Positions 46,282-56,238 are shown, counted from the stretch's first letter. The stretch is 64,000 nucleotides of DNA from Candidatus Krumholzibacteriia bacterium (GCA_023270185.1 JAGLCY010000030.1:1134-65133), one strand, 5' to 3'. Notes: a model not told the origin generated them from the sequence alone. A program made the numbers and translations.

Positions 46282-48468
46282 ATGCCATTGGTGATTCTCA
46301 CCTGTCTGTTCGCCCTGGTTTTCACGGCCTTACCACCGACTGCCGTCGCGGTGCAGCCCCTGCCGTCAACCTGGCCGGAGAGGCCGGCCGACGTCGACAC
46401 CAGCGGCTTTGCCCTCATCCTCGGCGGCGGTGGCGCACGCGGCATGGCCCACATCGGCGTCCTCGAAGTTCTGGAGGAACTTGGTCTGCGGCCCAGCCTG
46501 ATCGTGGGCACGAGCATGGGTTCGGTGGTGGGATCTCTCTACGCGTCGGGCGTGAGTTTGCCGACCCTGAAAGGGCTCGCTCTGGGCCCGGGTCTGCTCG
46601 ATATTTTTCTCGATGTTGAATCGCCTCCCGCGCAACTCCAGGGCGGTTGGTGGGGCCCGTCACCACACCAGCTCAGCTTGCAGGTTTCACGCTGGCCCCC
46701 CTTGCCCAACCCCGGCTTGAGCCGCGGCCAGGGCTTCGAGTCATTGGTCGGCAAGCATACGGGCGATGCTCTCTTTTTGGCGGACAACGATTTCGATCAC
46801 CTGCCCATCCCCTTCCGCTGTGTCAGCACCGACCTGCTCAACAGTTCCCTGGTGATCCACGATCATGGCTCGCTGCCCCGCGCCGTAAAAGCCAGCAGCA
46901 CCATACCCATGATTTTCTACCCCGTTGAATTCGAAGGCCGTCAGTTGGTCGATGGTGGTTTTCTGGACAATCTGCCGGTGCAGGTAGCGCGGCGCCTGGG
47001 TTTCGAGCGTGCCATCCTGGTCGATGTCAGCAACGTGCATTTGCCGGACAAGGAGCAGCCGACCGACCTTTACCAGATGTGGATCCGCATGGCCGAGTTG
47101 CAGACCTTTTTTTCCAACCAGTACGATGTCGGCGACAACGATGTGCTGCTGAAAATGCCACTGGCCGAGTACCGCGGTATGAACATGGAGGCCGCATCGG
47201 AGATCCTGGCCATCGGCCATGAAACGGCGTGGCAACACCGGGACAAATTGCTGGAATTGCGCGACGCCTGCGGTCCGGTGGTCGACGATCCGCCACCTTT
47301 GACGCCACAGGCCGGCCCGGTCACGTTGAGATCAATCGAGGTCAGGGACCTGCAACGCATGTCGCCGGGACGGGCTCTCGACCGATTGCAAATCCACCCG
47401 GGCGATCGTTTGGATATCGCCACCGCATGGCGCAAAGCCGCCTGGCTCACCAGGGAAAGCAGTTTTCAGACCATCGGTTTCCAGTTCATCCCGGTCGCGG
47501 CCGACACCGCCGATGTCATCGTCCACATCCAGGAAGAGACACGGCCCCGACTGGAACTCGGCGCCAGCGTGATTACCGACGATGGCGTGGCGATCATGGC
47601 CCGGCTGCGACATGACAACATGTTCGGGCGGGGCGGATCGCAGCTGTTGAGTTACCGCTACAGTTACCGGGAAGCGCGTCTCGATGCCCTGATTGACCAG
47701 AGCATCAATGGACCCGGATGGCTGGCTGTGCGGGGACGTTTCCTCTGGCAACGCGAGCTTCCCGGCCTTTATGACCTCGGTAAGGAAATGGATCGCTACG
47801 TCATGCGTCGGACCCGGTTCAGCCTTGACCTCGCGGTGCGTTCCTTCCGATACAATTGGAGCCTTTACCTGGGTGGGGATCTGGGTCAGACGAACAGCTA
47901 TCTGGAGAGCCGCGCAATTCCCGGCACAGGCAATCAACCTCTGCGAACCTTTCACCTATCCCTGGAAAGTCACGGGCGCGACCTCCCCGTTTCCCACCCC
48001 ACCCGCGGCGCGCGGCTTGGATACACCCGTTCACCCGGTCATGCCGGCGACGAACCGGACTGGTGGCGCACAGACCTGGGCTGGGTCCTGCCAATCGGCG
48101 GTCTGGGTGACTGGGAACCAATCTGGGCGACGGGGGCGGTCATCAGCTCGAACGATATTCCCGTGGTGCACCAGGGTCGCGCCGGTGGCCCCCGTGGCTG
48201 GGTGGGCTTGCGCCGGCAGGAGATCATCGCGCCGCAAATCGCGTGGTCCCGAGCCGCCCTGCAGCACCGGTTGAGCGGTGGGATCTACATGGAGATCGCG
48301 GGGGCGGTTGGCTGGTATGGGGAAAAGAACCTGTCCGCGTCACGTCCTGTTTGGGGTGGCGGTTTGGAGGCGGGTATGGAAAGTCTTATTGGGCCGCTGC
48401 GGCTGGGGTATGCCATAGCTGAGGATCGACCGGGGTATGTGTATTTGCAGGTGGGACATGAATTTTAG
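46282..48468 (+). CDS. Patatin-like phospholipase fused to a POTRA/Omp85 beta-barrel (PlpD-like type Vd autotransporter)
   Basis: Signal peptide MPLVILTCLFALVFTALPPTAVA. Patatin oxyanion motif GGGGARG, GTSMG (GxSxG) lipase serine, catalytic DGG region (DGGFLDNLPV). C-terminal half a Bac_surface_Ag-like barrel ending ...YVYLQVGHEF. Confidence 0.85.
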   Translation: MPLVILTCLFALVFTALPPTAVAVQPLPSTWPERPADVDTSGFALILGGGGARGMAHIGVLEVLEELGLRPSLIVGTSMGSVVGSLYASGVSLPTLKGLALGPGLLDIFLDVESPPAQLQGGWWGPSPHQLSLQVSRWPPLPNPGLSRGQGFESLVGKHTGDALFLADNDFDHLPIPFRCVSTDLLNSSLVIHDHGSLPRAVKASSTIPMIFYPVEFEGRQLVDGGFLDNLPVQVARRLGFERAILVDVSNVHLPDKEQPTDLYQMWIRMAELQTFFSNQYDVGDNDVLLKMPLAEYRGMNMEAASEILAIGHETAWQHRDKLLELRDACGPVVDDPPPLTPQAGPVTLRSIEVRDLQRMSPGRALDRLQIHPGDRLDIATAWRKAAWLTRESSFQTIGFQFIPVAADTADVIVHIQEETRPRLELGASVITDDGVAIMARLRHDNMFGRGGSQLLSYRYSYREARLDALIDQSINGPGWLAVRGRFLWQRELPGLYDLGKEMDRYVMRRTRFSLDLAVRSFRYNWSLYLGGDLGQTNSYLESRAIPGTGNQPLRTFHLSLESHGRDLPVSHPTRGARLGYTRSPGHAGDEPDWWRTDLGWVLPIGGLGDWEPIWATGAVISSNDIPVVHQGRAGGPRGWVGLRRQEIIAPQIAWSRAALQHRLSGGIYMEIAGAVGWYGEKNLSASRPVWGGGLEAGMESLIGPLRLGYAIAEDRPGYVYLQVGHEF

Positions 48469-48568
48469 GGGATATCGGGAGTTGAGACGTTGCTGGCGGG
48501 AGATAACCACATGACAGGGCGTTGCACTATCGGACCAGCATTTACAACCGGACAGCGGGGGAAACTTA

Positions 48569-48673
48569 CTATTTCTTCTTTTCTCTCTTCAGTTTTCGTT
48601 TTTCCTTGGCAGTATGCTGGGCCGTTTTCTTTTTCTCCTTCTTGCCTTTATCTTTACTTCCCTTGTCACCCAA
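48569..48673 (-). CDS. Candidate small, highly basic Lys-rich ORF (34 aa) with a perfect Shine-Dalgarno site
   Basis: Minus strand: AAGGAGG-7nt-TTG GGT GAC AAG ... = (M)GDKGSKDKGKKEKKKTAQHTAKEKRKLKREKKK*. Lies within a 285-bp intergenic region whose plus strand is a striking polypyrimidine tract. Could equally be non-coding. Confidence 0.2.
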   Translation of the reverse strand: MGDKGSKDKGKKEKKKTAQHTAKEKRKLKREKKK

Positions 48674-48752
48674 ATCTATTCCTCCTTGTTTTATAATGAC
48701 TTGCACCGGACTGTACGGACGAAAACTCTTCTTCGATTACTTAAGGTAACAC

Positions 48753-49304
48753 ATGAACACCCTGCGCGTCACCTCTAGACAACCCCATCCCCCCGCCGTG
48801 GCCTTTGTTGCCCGCTCGGGCACCGGCAAGACCACACTGGTCGAAACCCTGATCGGGGAAATGCGGCGTCGGGGATACCGCGTCGGGGCTCTCAAACACG
48901 ATGCCCACCGGTTCGAGATCGACCGGCCGGGCAAGGACAGCGCCCGATTCACAGCGGCCGGCGCGGAAGTCATGGTCCTGGTCTCGGACGACACCGTGGC
49001 CATGGTCCAAAAGCCCGAACAGCCCCCACGGCTGGACAGGGTGCTTCGGGAATGGTTTACTGATCTGGACCTGGTCCTGGTCGAAGGTTACAAGACCAGC
49101 GACCTGCCCAAGATCGAAGTTCACCGGACCTCGTTGGGAAAAACCCTGCTGTGCCGGGGGGAAAAAAACGATCCCCATCTGCTGGCCGTGGCCAGCGACG
49201 GACCGCCCGACGAATTCACTGAACTCGACGTGCCCTTGTTGGACCTGGAAAACCCGGCGGCCATTGCCGATTTCCTCGAGGAGTCTTTTCTTAAATTCGA
49301 ATAA
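48753..49304 (+). CDS. mobB: Molybdopterin-guanine dinucleotide biosynthesis adapter protein MobB
   Basis: P-loop VAFVARSGTGKTTL and MobB-family core (ALKHDAHRFEIDRPGKDS...LVLVEGYK). Confidence 0.85.
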   Translation: MNTLRVTSRQPHPPAVAFVARSGTGKTTLVETLIGEMRRRGYRVGALKHDAHRFEIDRPGKDSARFTAAGAEVMVLVSDDTVAMVQKPEQPPRLDRVLREWFTDLDLVLVEGYKTSDLPKIEVHRTSLGKTLLCRGEKNDPHLLAVASDGPPDEFTELDVPLLDLENPAAIADFLEESFLKFE

Positions 49305-49416
49305 AGGTTTTCCAAGCCCGGCTGCCTAACCTCCGCGACAGACGCGGAACACGGCGAAGGGCCGAAACGGTCGCGCGGGAAACGGTGCGGTCAGCTCCCG
49401 TACTTGGAAGGAAAAC

Positions 49417-50442
49417 ATGTCTGTGAACCATGCCCGTCATGGCCGGGCCGCGCATTCCCGTAAACCGCTTGTCGACCCACAGGGTCGCACGCTCGACTAT
49501 CTGCGCGTGGCGGTCACTGACCGTTGCAACCTGCGCTGCAGCTATTGCATGCCTGCCGAGGGCATCAAGCAGATTCCCCACGACGACATCCTGACCCTCG
49601 AAGAAACCCACCGTCTCTGCTCGCTGTTCACCGAGCTGGGTGTGCGCAAGATTCGCGTCACCGGCGGTGAACCGCTGGTGCGCAAGAGCATCGTTCCTTT
49701 CCTTGCCTCGTTGACTGAATTACCGGCCCGGCCCGAGGTCCTGCTGACCACCAACGGCCTGGTTCTCACGGAACACCTGGAAGAGTTGAAGGCCGGCGGG
49801 ATCAGGCGGATCAATCTGAGCATCGATTCGTTGAACCCCGAAACCTGGACCGGGATCACCCGGCGTGAAGGGTTTGAAAAAGTCCGCTCGGCGATGGACC
49901 TTGTCCTGGAGATGGGACTGGGTCTGAAGATCAACGTGGTTGTTCTTCCCGGAGTGAACGACCACGAGATCCCCGACTTCGTGGAATTGACCCGCAACTC
50001 TCCACTGGCGGTGCGTTTCATCGAGCCGATGCCCTTCGACGGCGCCGGCAAGGCCCTTGAGGATACAATCGACGGGAAGGAAATTCTTCTGCGCCTGCGC
50101 AGCAGATTCGATCTGACCCCCGTGAATCAGGCCGCCGATGCCGTCGACAGGCTGTTCACCGTGCGCGGGTTCAAGGGCACCGTCGGGGTCATCGAGGGAC
50201 ACAGCCGGACCTTCTGCGCCGCCTGCAGTCGGTTGCGCATCGATTCGCGCGGCCGCCTGCGCACCTGTCTCTACGGCGCGCCGGGCGCAAGCCTGTTGAA
50301 ATTGATACGCGATGGCGGATCAGACGACGACCTGGCCGAAGCCATCCGGACTGAAATCTCGTTCCGTTTCAGGGATGGCAAAAAGGCCGAACTGGCCCAC
50401 CACCTGGTGGGACTCGAAAGCATGGCCAGCATCGGCGGCTAG
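49417..50442 (+). CDS. moaA: GTP 3',8-cyclase MoaA (radical SAM)
   Basis: CNLRCSYCMP radical-SAM cluster motif, MoaA C-terminal Cys motif (CAACSRLRIDSRGRLRTC) and GG tail. Confidence 0.9.
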   Translation: MSVNHARHGRAAHSRKPLVDPQGRTLDYLRVAVTDRCNLRCSYCMPAEGIKQIPHDDILTLEETHRLCSLFTELGVRKIRVTGGEPLVRKSIVPFLASLTELPARPEVLLTTNGLVLTEHLEELKAGGIRRINLSIDSLNPETWTGITRREGFEKVRSAMDLVLEMGLGLKINVVVLPGVNDHEIPDFVELTRNSPLAVRFIEPMPFDGAGKALEDTIDGKEILLRLRSRFDLTPVNQAADAVDRLFTVRGFKGTVGVIEGHSRTFCAACSRLRIDSRGRLRTCLYGAPGASLLKLIRDGGSDDDLAEAIRTEISFRFRDGKKAELAHHLVGLESMASIGG

Positions 50443-50457
50443 AAACAGGGAGAGGCC

Positions 50458-50898
50458 ATGGGCAGGATAGAAGCCATCTGCATCAGCCGGGAAAAAGGCA
50501 CCGTGAAGGAAACCGTCGCCGATGCTGAACTGCGGGTCAAACACGGCATCGTGGGCGACGCTCACGCCGGTGACTGGCACCGGCAGGTTTCCCTGCTGCC
50601 GAGTGAAAGCATCGCCAAGGTGCGCGAGATGATGCCTGAACTTGCCGACGGCGCCTTCGCCGAGAATCTGGTCACCTCGGGCGTCGACCTGGCCCACGTT
50701 CAAATCGGTGACAAGGTCGCCATCGGCAATGACGTGTTGCTCGAAGTAACCCAGATCGGCAAGGAGTGTCACCAAGGCTGCGCCATCCGGCAGATCACCG
50801 GCGACTGCATCATGCCTCGCGAAGGAATCTTCTGCCGGGTGCTCAACGGCGGACGTATCCAGCCCGGCTCTTCCGCAACCCTTAACCCGTCCCTCTGA
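50458..50898 (+). CDS. MOSC domain-containing protein
   Basis: MOSC beta-barrel signature with conserved Cys (IGKECHQGCAIR). Embedded in the Moco operon. Confidence 0.75.
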   Translation: MGRIEAICISREKGTVKETVADAELRVKHGIVGDAHAGDWHRQVSLLPSESIAKVREMMPELADGAFAENLVTSGVDLAHVQIGDKVAIGNDVLLEVTQIGKECHQGCAIRQITGDCIMPREGIFCRVLNGGRIQPGSSATLNPSL

Positions 50899-50902
50899 TC
50901 CC

Positions 50903-51511
50903 TTGGAATCTCTCGGGAAAACCGTGACCGCCGTCATCCTGGCCGGCGGCCGTTCAACCAGATTCGGAAGCGACAAGGGACTCGCCACCTGGCGAGGGCG
51001 ACGCCTTGTCGATCACGTCCTGGACCGTCTGCCCGCAGGAAGAGACGGCACGGTGCTGGTCATCCGCGAAGAGCAGGACGAAGGCTCCTGGCCCGGCGTC
51101 TCCATCGTTCATGACGATCCCGACCGGAACGAAGGCCCCCTGCGCGGAGTGATCCGCGGCCTGGCGGCTTGCCAAACCTACTGGGCCTGGGTCGTTGCCT
51201 GCGATCAGCCCCTGGTCAGCGCCGAGCTGCTTCTTGCCCTCCAGGCGTCCGCCCTTCCTGATGACCAGGCTCTCCTTCCCGAATGGAAAGGCCGACTGCA
51301 GCCCCTGACCGGAATGTATGCCGTGAACAGCGGTCCGTTGTTGGCCGAGCGCGAAACCGGCGGTGAAAAATCACTCATAGGCGCCCTGAAAACCGTGGGC
51401 TACCGCGTGTTCACCGAAGAAAAATGCCGCCGTTATGACCATCGCGGCTTGGGTTTCCTGAACATCAACCGACCTGATCAATTCGCCGAACTGGAAGGAT
51501 ACGAATCGTGA
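50903..51511 (+). CDS. mobA: Molybdenum cofactor guanylyltransferase MobA
   Basis: AVILAGGRSTRFGSDKGL N-terminal nucleotide-binding motif typical of MobA. 4-bp overlap with moeA. Confidence 0.85.
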   Translation: MESLGKTVTAVILAGGRSTRFGSDKGLATWRGRRLVDHVLDRLPAGRDGTVLVIREEQDEGSWPGVSIVHDDPDRNEGPLRGVIRGLAACQTYWAWVVACDQPLVSAELLLALQASALPDDQALLPEWKGRLQPLTGMYAVNSGPLLAERETGGEKSLIGALKTVGYRVFTEEKCRRYDHRGLGFLNINRPDQFAELEGYES

Positions 51512-52728
51512 TCCCCTATCCCGAAGCCCTGCGCATGGTGCTCGATAATATCCGGCCGCTGTCGACTAAAACAGTTCCGGTGGACAAAGCTCTCGGCGGA
51601 TTCCTGGCCCGCCCGGTCAAGGCCCCCGCTCACTCCCCGCGTTTCGAACAATCGGCCATGGATGGCTACGCCGTGCGCATGGCCGACGTCGCCGGCGCTC
51701 GACCCGGGCATCCGGTTGTCCTGAAACTTGCCGATGAAATACCCGCGGGAAATCGGAAATCCGTGACCTTGAAGAAGGGCCAAACCGTGAAGGTGTTCAC
51801 GGGATCGCGCCTGCCCCGCGGTGTGGAAGCCGTGGTCATGAAGGAATACGTCGCGCTTTCCGATGACCAGGCCGCCATCGCCTGTAAGGTCTCCATGGGC
51901 GATAACATCCGCCGCGTTGGCGAGGAGTACCGCCGCGGCGACGTCGTCCTTCCCGCGGGAGTCCGGGTCACCCCGCCGGTGGTCGGCATGTTGGTGATGC
52001 TGGGCAAGGGCCGCGCCGTCATACGACGCCTGCCCACGGTGACGGTCATCACCATGGGCAACGAACTCGTGGCTCCGGGAACCCGGTTGGGACCTGGTCA
52101 GATTCCCGATTCCAACGGTCCCTCCGTGACCGCCGCGCTTCGCGCGCTGGGTGTGACCGGAATCCGCCGACGCCGCGTGAAAGACAAATTACCGGCGCTG
52201 GTGAAAGCCATGAAGGAAGGCCTGGAAAATTCCGACCTGGTGGTCACCGTGGGCGGCGCTTCGGTCGGCGACTACGACTACGTTCACGACGCCCGCAAGG
52301 AACTCGGAGTGCGCGACATCTACACGAAGGTGGCCATCAAACCAGGCAAGCCGAACCTGTTCGGGCTGGATCGCCGCAAGACCCCGGTGTTCGGGCTGCC
52401 CGGCAATCCGGTATCGGCCCTGGTTTCATTCCACGGACTGCTCAAACCCGCGGTGTTGAAAATGATGGGTTCGCTGGATGAAGGCTCCCTGGTTCTGCCG
52501 GTGAAGCTGAATGAAGCGACCCGCAAGAAGCCCGGGCGTTTGAACTGGCTGCGGGGCCGCCTGGACATGGAGGACCTCAATCTGACGGCCGAACTGGTCA
52601 CCGGCCAGGAATCGCACATGCTGAGTGGCCTGGCCATGGCCGATATCCTGGTGGAGATTCCCCTTGAAGCTGTGGGATCCGCCTCCGGTGAAACTCTTCT
52701 TGGGGTGAAGCTGGACTGGGACAAATAG
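51508..52728 (+). CDS. moeA: Molybdopterin molybdenumtransferase MoeA
   Basis: MoeA N, MoCF_biosynth (TVGGASVGDYDYV) and C-terminal domains. 406 aa. Confidence 0.9.
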   Translation: MIPYPEALRMVLDNIRPLSTKTVPVDKALGGFLARPVKAPAHSPRFEQSAMDGYAVRMADVAGARPGHPVVLKLADEIPAGNRKSVTLKKGQTVKVFTGSRLPRGVEAVVMKEYVALSDDQAAIACKVSMGDNIRRVGEEYRRGDVVLPAGVRVTPPVVGMLVMLGKGRAVIRRLPTVTVITMGNELVAPGTRLGPGQIPDSNGPSVTAALRALGVTGIRRRRVKDKLPALVKAMKEGLENSDLVVTVGGASVGDYDYVHDARKELGVRDIYTKVAIKPGKPNLFGLDRRKTPVFGLPGNPVSALVSFHGLLKPAVLKMMGSLDEGSLVLPVKLNEATRKKPGRLNWLRGRLDMEDLNLTAELVTGQESHMLSGLAMADILVEIPLEAVGSASGETLLGVKLDWDK

Positions 52729-52842
52729 GCGCAAAACGAGACTGGTTGCCCTGCCAACCAACCCGGTTTTGTTCTATACTGGACGTGATTCCTAAAACCC
52801 CCCTGGGGGTCCTTCATCTCTTCCCAACGGAGCGCCGTCCAC

Positions 52843-53871
52843 ATGGAACTGACCATCACCCGGCCCGACGACTGGCATCTGCACCTGCGCGACGGCGCGG
52901 TTTTGACGTCGGTCGCCACACACACCGCCCGGCAGTTCGGACGGGCGATCATCATGCCCAATCTGCAACCGCCGGTCACGACAACCGAACAGGCGTTGGC
53001 TTACCGCGATAGAATCCTGGCTGCCATTCCCGCCGAATCGGGTTTTGAACCGTTGATGACGCTGTACCTGACGGACAATACCCCCGCGGCCGAAATCCGG
53101 AAGGCCAAAGAATCCGGTTTTGTTCACGCCCTGAAACTTTATCCGGCCGGCGCGACCACCAACTCCGACGCCGGCGTAACCGATCCGGCCAAAGTATCGG
53201 CGGCTTTTGAAGTCATGGCCGACCTGGGCCTGCCCCTGTTGGTGCACGGCGAGGTGACCGATCCGGACATCGACATCTTCGATCGGGAAGCCGTGTTCAT
53301 CGAACGGAGCCTCGCGCCCCTGGTTCAAAAATTTCCCGATTTGAAGATCGTGCTCGAACACGTCACCACCGCGCAGGGAGTGGAGTTCGTTCAATACGGC
53401 GGGCCCAACATCGCAGGCACCATCACGGCGCATCACCTGCTGTTGAACCGCAACGCCATCTTTGCCGGCGGGCTGAATCCCCACGCCTACTGTCTGCCGG
53501 TTTTGAAGCGGGAACAACATCGCGAAGCACTGGTCACCGCGGCCACCGGCGGCAGCGGAAAGTTTTTCCTCGGCACCGACAGCGCGCCCCACGCCCAGAC
53601 GGCCAAGGAATCGGGCTGTGGGTGCGCTGGTATCTACACCGCCCACGCGGCAATTGAACTCTACGCCACCGCTTTCGAGGAAGCTGATGCCTTGGGCGAA
53701 CTGGAAGGATTTGCCAGCCTGCACGGACCGGCTTTCTATGGGCTGGATCCTAACTCCAAAAAGATCACGCTGGTTAAAGAGGAGTGGCGGGTGCCAGAGA
53801 CATATGAGTTGGGTGATTCGATGGTGGTGCCCTTGATGGCGGAGCGGACCTTGGGGTGGAAGCTGAAATAA
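52843..53871 (+). CDS. pyrC: Dihydroorotase (class II, homodimeric type)
   Basis: N-terminal [10 protein letters not shown] metal-binding motif. Collinear with E. coli PyrC. Confidence 0.9.
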   Translation: MELTITRPDDWHLHLRDGAVLTSVATHTARQFGRAIIMPNLQPPVTTTEQALAYRDRILAAIPAESGFEPLMTLYLTDNTPAAEIRKAKESGFVHALKLYPAGATTNSDAGVTDPAKVSAAFEVMADLGLPLLVHGEVTDPDIDIFDREAVFIERSLAPLVQKFPDLKIVLEHVTTAQGVEFVQYGGPNIAGTITAHHLLLNRNAIFAGGLNPHAYCLPVLKREQHREALVTAATGGSGKFFLGTDSAPHAQTAKESGCGCAGIYTAHAAIELYATAFEEADALGELEGFASLHGPAFYGLDPNSKKITLVKEEWRVPETYELGDSMVVPLMAERTLGWKLK

Positions 53872-54085
53872 CCCATTTTTGTCGATAAAATCGTTAATCT
53901 ACCTGTATTTCACCGATTTGGGAGCACTGCTGCCGATTGTCACAACAATGGTTTTCTGGTTCTGTCAGTGATTTTATTTGTGCAATTTCAGAACAGCTTT
54001 ATTATATCCCATGTCTTATCTATGATTCCCCAAGGCTGGTCCGTCGCCCAGCTCATTTTAGTCGTTTGCCGATTGGAGCCTCAAA

Positions 54086-56131
54086 ATGTTACGGACCCAC
54101 AAATGGATTCTTCTTCTTACCCTGATCGCCCTTGCCGGATTGATCGGGTGCAGCGACGACGACGACGACCCGGTGACTCCCCCGGGTCCGGATGACCCGA
54201 GCATCGTATCGGTCATTATCTCCCCCGAGTCCTCGACCTTCACGAATATCGGTGAAGAGCAGGAGTTCGACGCCGCCGCCTTCGACGCCCAGGGCGCCGT
54301 CGTGGACACCGTATTCGAGTGGCAGAGCAGCAACCCCGCCATCGTCCAGGTCGGACCCGGCGGCTTCGCGGTCGCGACCGGGATCGGGAACGCCGAGATC
54401 TATGTCTCGTCCGGCGGCAAGGCCGATACGGCTTCGGTTGTCGTCGACGTTATAGGTGCTCCGATATTCGAGTGGATCGCCGGCGAAGACGGCGATTGGC
54501 AGGACGGATCGAAATGGAGTGAAGGCACCGCGCCCCAGGCGGACGACATGGCAGTCATCACCGTTCCGGGAGACTACGTCGTCACCCTGACCGGGGATGT
54601 CGAAGTCCTCGGATTGCAGCTTGGCAGCGACTCCGGAACCCAGACCCTGGCCACGGGCGCGAACACCCTGACCATGGACCATGGCGGTCTGAGTGGGGGC
54701 GCCGCATTGGACATCACCGGCGAGGTGTATGTGCTCCAGGACGCCGTATGGAGCGGCGGTTCGGTGGTCGGGACCGGAAGCCTGACCATTGAACGTGACG
54801 CAGATTTCAACCTCCTGAGCGAATCGCTGAAATTGGAGGCCACCCTGGTCAACAAAGGAAACATCACCCTGTTGCCTGGCGCGACCCTGCAAATCAACGG
54901 CGGAACTCTTGAAAACAACACCGGCGCCCTCATCGATTTCCAGGGCAATGCGACCATTTCTGTTTTCAGTGATGGAGTTTTCAACAGCACCGGTACGATC
55001 GAAAAGAGCGCCGGCCAAGAGGAGGCGTCAATCCTGACCTCGTCGGCCACGTTCACGACCGATGGCACGTTGAGGGTCGATTTCGGGAAACTTTGGATAT
55101 CGGGAGGCACACTGAAAAACATCATCGACATCGCCGAGGGGGCCGTACTGCGGCAGTCCGGCAACACCGCCATTCCGAGCCTCATCTCCCGCGGCGATGG
55201 CGCCCTCGAGATCGGCGGCAGAGTGACCTTCGGCAATTTGTCCGGTGAGTCCATTGCCCTCAAGAACGTCATCCTCGACTCCAGCAGCAATCCATCCATG
55301 GCTGGGCCCGCCAACGTCCGGATTGACGAATCCTTTACCTGGCGCAAGGGTACCCTCGCCGAGTTGGGTGAATTCACGACCATGCCTGGAGCGATGACCC
55401 GCCTTGAGACCACGGGTACCAAGGGTCTTTCAAACATCACCTGGAACGTCATCAATCAGGTCGAAGCCGATGAATCCCTCAACCTGTTCCTGGCCGACAA
55501 CGCGGGCATTGTCATTGAGCCCCAGGGACAATGGACCCAGACAAACGGCGGCACGATCAGCGTGGGGCTGGGTGGCACACCCGACGGCTTCCATGTGCAG
55601 GGCGTGCTGAACAAGGTTGGACCCGGGGCGTTCGTAGTCAAAACCCCCCTCACCTGTACGGGAACATTGAATCTGGTTGATGGCGCGCTCACCGTGGAGG
55701 GAGACTTCCTTCTCCACGAACTCGGAGTCATCACCGGTGGCGGCATTGCTGATGATGTGGGCTTTAACGTAAGGCTCATTCTGGTTGCTGCCGACTCCGC
55801 CGAGATGCGGGGCACGATTCGACCCGACCTCGACGGGAACCCCGCGCGGATGGACATCCAGGGTCTCGTCGATCTTACATCCACATTCCGCGTCGAGCTG
55901 GATATCATGCTCTCGGGTGACATCCTCTTCGAGAGCCTCAATTTCATTACCGGCGGACAAGAGCTCGCCGGCACACTTGCGGTCAATGTTGTGAATTTCC
56001 CCGATCCCGGAACGGAAATCCGGGTGGTCTCCACACATGCCGGCCCCGGTATGTTCGACCATATCACCGGCGAGCAGGCGTTCACGGGAGTCGTTCAGGA
56101 CGAACTGGGAGTTCTGTTGACGAGGAACTAG
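54086..56131 (+). CDS. Lipoprotein with Big_2 (bacterial Ig-like group 2) domain and a long beta-rich (pectate-lyase-fold-like) region
   Basis: Lipobox LAGLIGC followed by SDDDDDPVTPPGPDDP. Big_2 segment VSVIISPESSTFTNIGEEQEFDAAAFDAQG...EIYVSSGGKADTASVVV. Confidence 0.7.
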   Translation: MLRTHKWILLLTLIALAGLIGCSDDDDDPVTPPGPDDPSIVSVIISPESSTFTNIGEEQEFDAAAFDAQGAVVDTVFEWQSSNPAIVQVGPGGFAVATGIGNAEIYVSSGGKADTASVVVDVIGAPIFEWIAGEDGDWQDGSKWSEGTAPQADDMAVITVPGDYVVTLTGDVEVLGLQLGSDSGTQTLATGANTLTMDHGGLSGGAALDITGEVYVLQDAVWSGGSVVGTGSLTIERDADFNLLSESLKLEATLVNKGNITLLPGATLQINGGTLENNTGALIDFQGNATISVFSDGVFNSTGTIEKSAGQEEASILTSSATFTTDGTLRVDFGKLWISGGTLKNIIDIAEGAVLRQSGNTAIPSLISRGDGALEIGGRVTFGNLSGESIALKNVILDSSSNPSMAGPANVRIDESFTWRKGTLAELGEFTTMPGAMTRLETTGTKGLSNITWNVINQVEADESLNLFLADNAGIVIEPQGQWTQTNGGTISVGLGGTPDGFHVQGVLNKVGPGAFVVKTPLTCTGTLNLVDGALTVEGDFLLHELGVITGGGIADDVGFNVRLILVAADSAEMRGTIRPDLDGNPARMDIQGLVDLTSTFRVELDIMLSGDILFESLNFITGGQELAGTLAVNVVNFPDPGTEIRVVSTHAGPGMFDHITGEQAFTGVVQDELGVLLTRN

Positions 56132-56152
56132 TCCTGATCGGAAATGGAAGTG

Positions 56153-56182
56153 GGCGCGGCGATGGGAATCCGTCGCCGCGCC
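56153..56182. terminator. GC-rich stem-loop (GGCGCGGCGA-N10-TCGCCGCGCC) between the convergent lipoprotein and hipA genes
   Basis: Perfect 10-bp arms read directly from the sequence. No U-tract. Confidence 0.35.
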
Positions 56183-56238
56183 TCTGCAGGATAACACCAA
56201 TAGCATTGCGGGAAAGTGCCCCCAGGGGCACTTTCTTC

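Noticed and set aside
48469-48752. Possible Moco riboswitch upstream of mobB-moaA.
   Set aside because: The plus strand is an almost pure pyrimidine tract with no evident multi-stem structure or mixed composition. I cannot match remembered Moco-motif features by eye, so it is not called. An Rfam scan is suggested in the findings.
53872-54085. AT-richer 215-bp region with short direct repeats (CCGATTt/CCGATTg) and small ORFs (53937-54125, 53968-54195) upstream of the Big_2 lipoprotein.
   Set aside because: The ORFs lack RBS and a coding signature. The repeats are too short to be meaningful without more copies. Most simply a promoter/leader region.
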